A DNA stretch of 64,000 bases. Source: Psammoneis japonica. Taxonomy: Eukaryota. The position numbers and the translations under genes are program-made. The notes beneath the pieces are model-generated. The model saw nothing but the letters and a program-made list of their open reading frames with translations, did not search any database and was not told the origin of the DNA. This document shows positions 35,437 through 46,957 of this stretch, piece after piece (position 1 is the stretch's first letter; each line of letters opens with the position of its first letter). The stretch covers positions 124,001-188,000 of the forward strand of contig QPGO01000143.1 in NCBI GenBank assembly GCA_008632985.1. The letters run 5' to 3'.

Positions 35437-36718
35437 GCCGTTTCCACTAGTTGATGTGATGCGTCTCTAATTTAAGAAGAAGAAAAAAACAGCATGAATG
35501 TGAGGTCACATTATGCACGATCGATGAGAACACCGTGATACACCCGTGATCAAAAACATGCGGGTGCAATTTCGAAACATGGGGACTTGTTCCCCCTTTT
35601 ATACGCTCCATGTCTGTGGCAAGGCACAGTAAAAACACACACAAGTCGACACCTTGTCGCGTACATACCATGGTTGTTGCCGCCATGCTGACCCCAAACC
35701 CATCAAAGAGATGCGCAATCTGCCCCTTTTTCTGTTTTCGTTTCAGAATTCAAGAATGCCGCTTGCATGATTGAAAATATCCATAGTTTTATTCAATGTT
35801 GAATATTTTTTATTTCATGTTATAATAATGAATCGAATAAGTTGAACATTCAAATGAAACATACATGTTTATATAGAAAAAACGAAAAATGTTGTTTCCC
35901 GCCAAATTTTTTTGGCATGAAACCAAAACGCGGCGCCTCGGCCGAAGTTAGTTTTTGACACGAGGAGGAGTTTCAACACACCGCTTGTTGCTGTGTGCTC
36001 TGCTTCAACATGTCTCTTGTGTCATTGTCACATGTCTTGTGGAAATGCCACAAAGGAATTGCACAGATTGAGCCAGGCTGCAAAACAAAAGTTGGGCGTT
36101 GTGTGAAGAAGACAGCCTGGCTGATGAAGCACAAGAGATGCGAGCAAAGACACAGCAAGAAAGTCAGAGACAAAGGGATCAAGCCCTTGTGCCAAGCCCT
36201 TGCATGCTTTTGAAAAATGACAAAACTCAATTTCCATGGGAACATGGAGAGTCTTGGTCTGAAGGGCAGGCAGCATTTGGTTTGATGAGAGCGCTGACAT
36301 GTTGCCTGCTCTCCTGCTCTCTGCTGTCCAACAAGAGCATTGACCTTGTCTTGTGTGTGTGTGTCTCCAGCACTTGAGCAACACAAGACAAAGTCAGAGA
36401 GAGGGCGCCAATTTTCTGTGTCAAACAATTGTGCTGCTTTTTGTCAGCTGCGCCACATTTTTTTCTTTGCAAGATTGCTGTGGGCCCCAAAGGCATCAAG
36501 GTTTTGTGCAGAGAATTGTGAGAGCAAGCCCAGAGGCATCAGAGAAAAAACTCATCTTCTCTTTCTCATGTCTGACTCTGTCAGAAATTAAGGTGCAGAG
36601 AGCAGTGCTGGAGGGCCGCTGCACACAACTCAACCAACTGGTTTGTTTTGACCCAAGTTGCCACCCTCTGCCAGAGCTGAGGGGAAGCCAAGCTCTGGGC
36701 ACTGCTGAGTCTTGAAAA

Positions 36719-36740
36719 CACACACACACACACACACACA
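36719..36740. repeat. (CA)11 microsatellite
   Basis: Directly visible. Confidence 0.9.
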
Positions 36741-39700
36741 CCTGTCACCAAGCAACACCTTTGATTTTGTGCATGTTGGGAGCAAGAAAACAGCACACAC
36801 CCTCCTGTTCTTGGAAAGATGCTTGTGAGAGAAATGAAACAAAACACACTCCGGCAAGCAACTCTGGCTGGCAACTCTTTTTTTCTTTTTTCAAGGCTCT
36901 GTGGGTGGAGAGTTTGAAAAACTGCTGGTGGCATTGGATGTTGCCACCTCACTTTTGTGGCACACAATGGAAGACAAAATGCTGGGAGTGACTTTCCTCC
37001 TGGAAAATCAAAGGGAATTTTCCTGCTGCAAACTTTGTTGCTTTTGCAGACTCAGTTTCTGGGGGTGTTCTTCTTGTGCATGTTGTGTCTTTGCTGCAGC
37101 AAGAAAAAAGCAGGCAAGTGGTGCCAGAGATGACAGTCAGAATCAGCTCTGCAAATTGTTGTGTCGGTCATCTTTCTGCCACTGCGCCATTGCAAACATC
37201 TTCATGAGGCAGCCCCTTTCTTGACAGACAGCTGCTTGAAGACCGGCTGTCTCTTGAGATTGAGTTGCCATCAATGGTGGTCAACGTCATGCAGGGAAGA
37301 CATGGGCCAACAAGCTGGCAGCAGAGTCTGGTGCCTTCATGTCTTCCACCAATTTTTGCTTGCAGCTTTCATCTCAACTGGCAAGATGTTGCCATGACAC
37401 CAATGGGCCACTCAGGATTTGGCGTTCCATGGGACACTGCAACTCTTTGCCAACCAAACATGACAAACTCTTGATTGGAGTCTGAATGCTCAGGAAACAA
37501 AAAGCCATGGATGGCCAACCTGCAATCTTCATTGTTCAACTCATCCCTGACTTCAGGACCACACCATGTGAAACAAGCCTGGACTCCTTTGGAGGAGTGC
37601 ACCACTGAACTTCAGAAAAACTGTCATTTGCTGGCACTGCCCAACTTTCCACAAAGAATTTCTGCAAACCAACATGCCATCCATCAACTGATCCTTTTAG
37701 TCTGCTTTCTTCAAACACTCTGCAGACTTGAGAAACAGTGTCATCAATGGACCACTTTGTGACATCATTGTGAAAATCATTGCGCGATGGTTGCTCATGC
37801 ATCCTCATCATCCTCTTCTGCCATCAAATCCTTGAGCTTTGCCACAGTCTCTGCAATTTGTTGCCACATCATGGAAGTGCAGGGAGTTGCAACATCAACA
37901 ATCACAAGTTGTTGCATCTTGGAGGTTCCAAAGGAGCTCCTCAAGCTGCTGGTGAATGCATCAGCACCACTTTGCTTGTGCACCTGCATTCACTGTGCAG
38001 CAGAGGTTGATGAACAGCAACCACCCAGACTGCAAGACACACATCCACCTGCAGTGAATTGTGCCAAGAACAAGGCACTGCAACACACAATGGGGACAAT
38101 CATTGTGAAAAAATCGGAGTCACCGACAAGCAACTCCAAGAAGCCTTCCTGGAGAACTGTGCAAATGACGAGGCCCAAGACAACTGGTGCTGAGAGCACT
38201 TTCTTGAAGATTTCAATGGCTGCCATTTCAGGGATCTCATGCCAGATTTTTTCTCTTGGGATCTGTTCTCCCAACACACCAGCGATGTGCTCATGCAGGT
38301 TGCAGTGATGATTTGTGTGGCACTGCTGCTGCCACCATCACCTTTTGCCTGTGTGTTCACAGGGCAGCTTTTCTGTGCAACACCAAATGTGGGACAGTTT
38401 GCTTTTGATCAACCAACTCAGCAGCATCTGTGATTGTCTTTTTTTTCAGAGCCACAAAGACATGCACACAGCGCAGATTGTTGTGCATTCAGCCACCCAG
38501 CTCATTGGCAAAGGCACAGCCCAAAACATTTGCACCAGCCACAAGGCTTTTTCTGGTCTCACTTCTTTCTTTTGCATCCGCCACAGCCAAGAGGCCACGT
38601 GTGCCTGACCTGTTGGCAGTGGTTCAGGCTGCACCAGCCCCGGTCACCCCATCTTTTGATGGTGTGCAGGCGCCAACTGGAGTTTCTGTTGTTTTTGGCA
38701 CTGCAGCAGCTCTGCATTGTCTGTGGACATGCAGGGGCAATGCAGTCAGGTCAGGTGGTGATGATGTCATTCAGCTGTCATTGATCATGGGGTTGACCAA
38801 TGCTGGGGCATGTTCTGGATTCACGGGCAAAGGAGGGGGCAAAGGCTCGGTGCCAAACGCCAAGGTGGTGGCCCACACTGTTTGAAAGATTTCTTCATTT
38901 TCCATGGTGATCTGTGATGCAATGTCAAAGAGCACCACTTTTGACTGCTGAAACTCTTGACTTGTTGCACGGCACTGTTGTTCTGCCAAAACACTTTGTT
39001 CCACCTCAATTGCTGGCCGGAGCTGGCAGGACTGCAAATTCAGATTCTTGGCCCAGACCTGCAGTGCATCGCTGGTGTGAGCCAGTGATGTGCTGCAGCC
39101 ACTGCCACCAATCATGGCAACAATGATGGAAGGTGCACTTGAACAAATGGTGACAAGAACAGGGAGGAACAAGAAAAGACTTCTCACTCCAGCAGCAGAG
39201 AACAGTGCCTTGCAGGCTTCCATCAAAGCAGCGACCTTGTTGATGCCGCTGCTGTTGTGGAACTCCTTGCTAGAATTGCTGATGCAGCGGCTGGTGATGC
39301 TGTGGTTGAGGCTGCTGCTGTTGATGCTGACGATGATCACCACGGCACTGTTGTTGCTGCTGCCAAGAAGAACCTCAACGAGGAGGTGCAGAGTCTTGTT
39401 GTTGGTGGCACCCTTCACCTCCTCCTCCTCCTCCTGAGGGTCGTCCATGATGACCACAATGACCACCACCAGATTGCTGTTGCTGATGCTGACCACGATC
39501 TCCTCTTCCACTGCACCGTTGTTCTTGAGGATGACGCTGAGGAGGAGGAGGAGGACGATGATCTTGCCGCTGCTGGTGTTGACAACAATGATCGTCGTCA
39601 CGTTGGTGCGGTTGTTGTTGTTGTTGTTGTTGTTCGTTTTGATGTCCTCGATCTTGATGCTGTGGTTGTGGTTGCGATGGTTGATGGTGCTCATGATCTT

Positions 39701-40676
39701 GCCAAGGAGTGGGTCCATGACAACCATCCTGGTCAATTTGATTTCCTCCTGGATGGTGTGGATCACCATCTGTTCTTCCTCCTTGGCTTTCGTCTGCTCT
39801 TCCTCCTCAGCGAGGAACGTCCTGATGAGAACCAGAAGAAGCAGCAGCACCACTTCTGGAGGAGGAAATGTCCTCGCAGCCGCTCCGGCGTGGCTTTTTG
39901 TTGTTGTGGCGATCGTCACCATCATCACCTCGCCAGCAGTCATCGTCCATTGTTTCATTTCTCGTTCACACTTTTCTCGTGTGGTTGCTTTTCACACAGT
40001 TGGTTCTTGTGTTGTTTCGCTTTTCCCCCAGGCGACAGTTTTGTTCTTTGATGCGAGAGAGAACTTGATGGACTGGCTGCGCTCTCATGGTGCGGCCGGT
40101 TGAGTGTTTCGCCTCACGGGGAGGGACCCGGAGAGGCGTCTTGCAGTCAGGTGGATGTCAACCAAGTGTTGTGCACCCATCAGGGCCTGGAATTTCAACT
40201 CGTTTTTCGGAATTTTGAAAAAATGGGACCTCGTTGGTTGGCGAAAGGAGGAGCAAACGGAGCGAGATTTTTCAAACCGGGTGGATGGGTCTGACTTTTA
40301 TGGACCAAGTGCAACACATGAAGGTGGATGAGGAAACGATGGTTTCAGGGTTCTGTCTGTGTTGCCATGCATGGAACACCGATCGTGAAGTTGAGACCAA
40401 AATTCAGAAAAAGAGCTCGCGACATGCTGCACGATTGCACAAAAGCAAAAATGTCTCCAAAATGGTTCTACAGATTTTTTTATGATTCACTCATGTTGTG
40501 CAGCTGAGTAAAAGAGATGTTTTGGAAATGAGAAAAGTGGGGGGATTCTGACTCGTTTTCGAGATAGAAGGCATTGAAGTTGTTAAAAAAAAAACAGCAC
40601 AAATGATGTCACTTCCTGAAAAAGCATTCTTTGATGAGAGCACATGTGAGGAGTTGTAAAAATTGTTCGTGAATGT

Positions 40677-41029
40677 CCCTGCTTGTGCACATGAACCACC
40701 TGGTGGTCCGTGTGCATTTTTGGGTGCACACGAACCACCTGGTGGTTCGTGTGCACCCCACGCAAAATGCTGCGTAGATTTGCACCGAATTAAATCTGAA
40801 TGCCCACATCTGCAGCAGGCTCTACGTGAAAACGCACTCGAAACAGTGTCCACCGAGCCGGCAGTCATGTGCCGGAACGTCGTGAAAAGTGTTTCGTGTC
40901 TGAGAAAGAGTTCGTCAGGGCCGGCGAACAACACCCCTCTACGATGCGACTGGTGTAAAATGCACGCAAATGCACAGGAACCAGCATGTGGTTCGTGTGC
41001 AAATTAGAGCTCGTGAAAAACAAGCAGGG
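40677..41029. mobile_element. MITE with CCCT...AGGG termini, 4-bp TSD ATGT, internal palindromes (piggyBac-like)
   Basis: TIR CCCTGCTTGT/ACAAGCAGGG; ATGT at 40673-40676 and 41030-41033; 37-bp palindrome at 40722-40758. Confidence 0.7.
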
Positions 41030-41198
41030 ATGTGGAAGTGTGATTGTGCGACGCTAAGTTCGCCAATCGTGTTTTTGAAGGGCCACACGACAGTGTTGTG
41101 ATGATCATGACCCAGTCATAGAATGGGGCCCTGCTGCAAATGTGATCACATCATGTCATGACACATGGGACATTCATGAATTGCCTTTGTTTCGATGT

Positions 41199-41484
41199 CC
41201 CTGCTCATGCACAGATGGTCTCTGTCATCTGTGCACTGTCGCCTGCACAGATGGTCTCTGGAGACCATCTGTGCAGCTGCGTTAAATTCTGCATGTTTGC
41301 ACCAGGAAAATGTACCTCCAACCTGTCCGGCAGGCATGAGTGACATTTTGTGCACGAGAAAGAGTTCGTTGGGGCAGGCGAACAACATCACTCTACGATG
41401 CGACTGGTGCAAAATCTACGTAAATGCACAGATGCACTCTGGAGCATGTCTGTGCAAATTCGAGCTCGCAAATGATGAGCAGGG
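41199..41484. mobile_element. Related MITE with CCCT...AGGG termini, TSD ATGT
   Basis: TIR CCCTGCTCAT/ATGAGCAGGG; ATGT at 41195-41198 and 41485-41488; shares ~130-bp 3' part with 40677-41029; palindrome at 41243-41276. Confidence 0.7.
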
Positions 41485-43575
41485 ATGTGGCCAATTGCAA
41501 TTTGTCATTGCGACAAAAGACAGAGCATTTCATTTGTTCTTTTCCTTTGACGAAAATGTCGCAAATCTTAGGAAGAGTTTTCTGATTGGCCAAAACACAT
41601 GAATGCAATGCCCACTGACAAAACATCACATGAGACCAACAAAACAACACTTGGGCCCCTTAAAATGACACAACACCCATCTGGCCATGTGCGTGTTGTG
41701 TTGTGCCACTGTGTTCGCACCAGCGAAAGACAAAACAATGACAGGCGACGGGATGCCTGCAGCCAATGGCACAAACATTGGAATCCTCATCACTTTGTCA
41801 GAAGCAAAGCCTGAGAGATGTCAAGATTGAAGCAGTCCTTCGGCCAGTGCATCAAAAATGCAGAACACAGAAAAAGAGTTTTGTGCTTGCACACCACAAC
41901 CATGCTTTGCAGTTTGTTCCCTTCTTGCCAGTTTGCTCTGCCACACTTTTCAGTGCCTCACCATGACTCATCTGTGTGTGGTTTTAAATTGCACAGCAGG
42001 TTCTCTGCTGCTCTGCACTGCCAGAAACTCCTTCACAAAATGCGGCCCACTTCCATGCGTGCACACTCCATGTTTGTGTGTTGCTTCAGCACCTTGTTCA
42101 AATCATCAGCTTGTCCAGTGCATGCAAAACTTTGATGACAAGAACAAGACAGAAACACAGCAATGACAAAACTCTTTTGCAGGGGAGCAGCTGGTGCATC
42201 TGGGGAGCAAAGCCAATTGGCGTGCTTTTTGCTGCCTCAGCAGGGTGCTGCCCTTGCCTGTGCAGCACTTTTTTTCTCTTCTTTTGATCCAGTGCTCCTG
42301 TTTCCTTTTTTCAAGATCATGCACATGACCCCAGTTTGAGTTGTCTCCAGTGACTTTGCTCACCCCAGCTTGCAGCACGACCCCTGCTCTCACGTGCAAA
42401 CCCAGCAGCCCCGCTGGCACAGCTGGAAATGAGCTTTCTTGTTGTTTTTCTTCATGTGCAAAAACAACTCAGCAGCAGCTTCACTTCAAGCAAGAGATCT
42501 GCTTCTGGCAACTGCCATCTGGGTTTGTCAAGTTGTGGCTGCAGCTCTTTTGAAGAGCAAGCTGATGCACCTGGGTTGCCACCTGGCGCTGCCCCTCCCG
42601 AGCTGCAGCTGCTGTCCACACACAGCACTCGCACCACAGCACAAACTGGGTGAAGGAAAATCCTTGAGAAACTGGTCATTTCATGTCAAAACTGCATCTG
42701 GAGTTTGCTCTCAACTGCTTTGATGTCAAAATTGAGCCCACTGCAAAACAAACAACCAGCTCGTCCCGGCGAGTGGACCGAGCCGGGACTTCTCTTCCGC
42801 CCCAGCAAGGCCCCCCTCTTTGCTTTTCATTTCACATTGCTTTGAGCACAAGAAGAGTCTTTGTGGCTTGACTTTGCCTTTCAACAAAGTGCAACTTGCG
42901 CGGCACTTAAACTTCCTTCCATGCAACTTGCAATTCATGACAACCATGGAGCTGTCTAAGAACGCAAATTTTTTGTTTTTCCAACAGCAAAACCTGTGTT
43001 TGCTGCAGCGGGTGCCTTGCTGCTGTGTCTTTTGTGCACCAGTGCACCATTTCTTGCCCCACCTGCTCTCTTCCCCCCCCCCCCCCCCCTTGACTTCAAG
43101 CTGCACACCACAACTCAGGTTGTGCCAAATGTCCTGGATCTCCAGGAGGCATGATGGCGCTGCAGCTGGCACTCGCCTGTTGGGCCCTTGTTCTTTCTGA
43201 TTTTGTCAACAGACAACCAGAGTGCCAACACTCAACATTTGCCACACCACAGCAACAAGCCTGTCACCTTGCTCTGCTGCCCCCCTCCTTGCCCACATTG
43301 GCCCATCACCTTTTTCCATCAATCGCCCACCTTTCCTCCTTCTGTGGCCGCCAAAGTCTGCACGCAACTTGACAAAAAGTGCGTTCAATTCTAAAGCAAA
43401 AGATCGCAGAAAACGCGGCAGCCACACACTGCATGTCACGTAGAGTCCACGTGACACGATCGATGGAAAAAATTGACAGAGCTCGAAGCAAGTGCGCAGT
43501 GCGCAACTAACTGAACGCCAACAGGCAGCAGTGCACAGCAGTGCTGGTGAACGACAGTGCGATGGATGGATGCGA

Positions 43576-43756
43576 AGAAGAAAGAGGTTGCGGACACCGT
43601 GAAGGTCTTCGTGGCAGCCTGCCTCCAGGAGCATGAAGAAAGTGTGTCAGTGTCAATGGACCGCAGCTGGAAGCTTTTGAGCCCCTTCAAGACGCCTTGT
43701 TGTGGCATGTTGCTGTGGAAGCCCCAGCGGGAGAATGTCCCACATTGCGGCACTCC
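43576..43756 (+). repeat. Partial duplicate of the Crinkler-like gene 5' region (46968-47140)
   Basis: Colinear alignment with four 2-bp insertions. Confidence 0.85.
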
Positions 43757-46700
43757 ATGGGGCAACCCCGCATCCACAGCTTCTTCTGCATGAAGTGCAT
43801 CAATGTTCCTGAATGAGGCAGACAAGGGAGACACCAGCAATGGCATTGTGCAGCTCCTGGAAGGTCGGCCACCCAGTCGCACAGATGCTTGAGCTCCATG
43901 GCGGCACTGGCGTCATTGTCCAAGTCTGCCAACTTGAGTTGCTCCAATTCCATGAGGTGCTCTGTCCACACTTGGCAACAATGCAACCACCAAAAGTGGC
44001 TGGTGGCATGGGTTCTTGGTTTCGGGCTCTCCTGTGATCAGCCCATGCACGCAGAGCCTTGAGCTTGTGACTCACCATGTGGGGGGAGCACACTTGGGGA
44101 TTGACAGTGGGGTCAGCTGCTTTCATGATGCCCTTGAGCATGTCACTGACTTTGGTCAATGGGGCCTGTTCCAGGTTTTCAACAGTGGTGAAACCTTGGT
44201 GGGCGACACAGCACGCAAGAGCAGCTGCAAAGGCTGCAGCAGTGGCCATGGTGCATCAGAGTGCTGTTTTGCATTTTGGTGTGCAAACAAACAGTTTTGT
44301 GAGGGAAAATGTGTGGTGTGCAGTTTGCTTCAGCAAATGCCACTGGCTGATGAACCTGCGAGCATGCCAGGTCACCGTTCAGTGTCATTGTTTGCGCCAA
44401 TTGATGCAAAACTGTCGATTGACACATTCAGACATTCGTCTCTCAGCGAAGCATCATGCATCCAACAGTGCCTGCCACCACACCATCACCTGAATGTTTG
44501 TGCACTCAGCCAACACATTGCATTCCTGTGATCAAACATGTTGCATCCAAACAATGCATCATCTTAACGGATCACTGCTCTGGTCCACAAGAGCACTCAG
44601 TTCATGCTCGTAAATGCGCACATGCACACAAAGAACTCAGTGATTGCGTGAGCAACCACAAGACCAACATGGTGCTTGCCACAAAAATTGATCAATCGCA
44701 ATGACTGCACCACACCATTCATGATGCCCATTCCAGGTGTCTGAGCATCACAGCGCATTGGCTCTGACAAAGTGAACAAACACTGCCACGACCACCAAGA
44801 GTTGGGGGGCTGTTCCAGCTCCAGGTGATGTGCACAGGTTCGATTCCCATTGCTGGCCCATTCACGTGGTCCACATTTGAAAAAATTAGCATGAATGACT
44901 CAAATCCACCCACGTGAAATTGTGCGTGCTGGTGTGTTTTAACGGCAGAATCCTTGTGTGGGCCACAGAGATGGCAGTGCAATTCCACTTGCAGACCTTC
45001 TGCACATTTTTGTGCTGATGCACTTTTTGTGTGCAATTTGCATTGCCAACAGAATTTGTGTGACTCCGAGCTGTGCGTGTTCAAGTTGATGGCTCACAAT
45101 TTTTCTGAGCAGCCGATCGACAACTGCCACTCCCTCCGACAATGGCGCTCATGGCCAATTTGACCGGGACAACACCGCCTCCCAACCCCCACCTTGCTTG
45201 ACAGTGTCACATGCTCCATTGGGTTGTGCTGTGTGAGTGAGCCCTGGCTCTAGAATGAGTCAGAATGAACAAAAACATGGTGAGTTCTGATTCTCATGGG
45301 AATGGTCTTGCGTCTTTTTCCTGTTCTTGTTTGCAACGGCACTCACCTTGAATGTCCTTGCCCTGTGTGTGTTGATGCACAGGACTCGAAGATGGGGACA
45401 TTGATGTCCATGGGTCTGCACCGACACCATCACTGTTTTTGGCTCCGTCCCCATTCCACGCCGTTCTGCTGCAACACCTCTTCTCTCCCCAGCCCATGCC
45501 ATCCCACCACGGCACTGCCTCCATTCTCCAAGCTGCTGCCATGATTTGTGTGCACTGGACAAGTCACTCGAGCCCAAGCACCCACTTTCTGCCAAAGCTC
45601 ATGCCAATCTGCCGCGTGCTTTTGTCATCATGCTCCGTGGAACCAGCAGACTTCTTTCCTCCCTGCCCGCCATTGGCAATCCAGACAGCCCAAGTTTTGC
45701 TCCCACTGGTGAGTTTCCATTGCCCATTTGCTCGTTGTTGCATTGCGCTGGTAGAAAAGTGTGTTCTCACCTCCTTGTGCTGTTGCATCTCACCGCAGAT
45801 GTGGTCATTTTTCTGGCACTGGTGTGGTGCTTCTCTGTGTGAGTTTTTGTGCATGCCAATGTTGTCTTGCGTTGTTCTTTTTTTGTTGAAGACATGGCAC
45901 TAACTCAAATGGATCTGTTCTCTCTTTTGCGCCCTTGCAATGTCATTGGATTGCTGTCCTTGCATCTCTCTCCGGCACTTGCATCAGTGTCGGTCTCTTT
46001 GCTTGCGTCGTCTCTTCACCATGCTCGTTTCCCCTGTCTGTTGTGCTTCCTCCGGCAACCGACAATTGTCCACGACGGAATGCCGTGTCATTCTTTTTGG
46101 GCCGCACATTGTGGCACTGCTTCCACGCATTTTTTGTTCGCGCGCCACCGCTAAAACTTTCTAGACTGAGCTGTTGAATCGCTTCTTTTGGCCCGACTGT
46201 GGCACAAAATGCCAATTTGATGCACCAGTGGGATGACACAGACACCACAGCACCGATTCTAAGTGCATGCTGTCAATTCTCTAGAGACAGCACCTGCCAA
46301 AACAGCGCTGCTCCAGGTGCACCTCGGCATCGAACAGCTCCTGATTCTGTTCTAGCTCCACCGTGAGATGCACTTCAGCATCCTCACATGAGTGGTCCAT
46401 GTTGTTGACCAACATTGAAAGCTTGTTCTCACTCAGAAAATCTGCCGGATTGCACCCGTCCCCAATGACATCCAGCGTTGGGTGCCGCAGATTCTGTTCC
46501 ACAGGATCAAGGTGCTCAATCACCTCCACTTCGGTGGGATTCTGCGTCTCTTCTGAGTCGCAAACATGCTGAAAAAACTTCTGAATTCCACAGTGAAGCA
46601 ATCACGAATGCTTTGCGAAATCACCCCTTCCATCACACTGAAAAGTGGCGTTCACCACTTGACTGTGGTGCACAAACGACCGTGCGATGGTTCCCTCGGG

Positions 46701-46957
46701 CGGGATTGCGATCACAAACGCGACGAACAGATGCCCACAGTTGATCGCTGATTCGATTTTGACACATGTCTGTGCTTGAATGTTGCATTGCTCGATTTTG
46801 GAGAAGTGGGAAAACCTGGGGAAAGCAAGAAACAAGAAAGAACAACAGAATGACCCAGTGAACGTTGACAAAGCAACGCCACTTGCTCCAACGCAACAGC
46901 AATCCACTTTCTTCTGCTGAACCGACAGCACCCAACCGCTCAAACGAGGATCTTAAG

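Larger units (their letters stand above)
35970..46950. repeat. Long TpA-depleted composite tract of degenerate TEs and gene fragments
   Basis: TA nearly absent for ~11 kb; contains MITEs, a decayed Q/G-rich gene, a partial duplicate of the Crinkler-like gene and a possible Copia gag fragment (~43800-44250, weak). Confidence 0.7.

Noticed and set aside
39257..40103. Long plus-strand Val/Asp/Leu-rich ORFs
   Set aside because: Alternative frames of a low-complexity, TA-depleted sequence.
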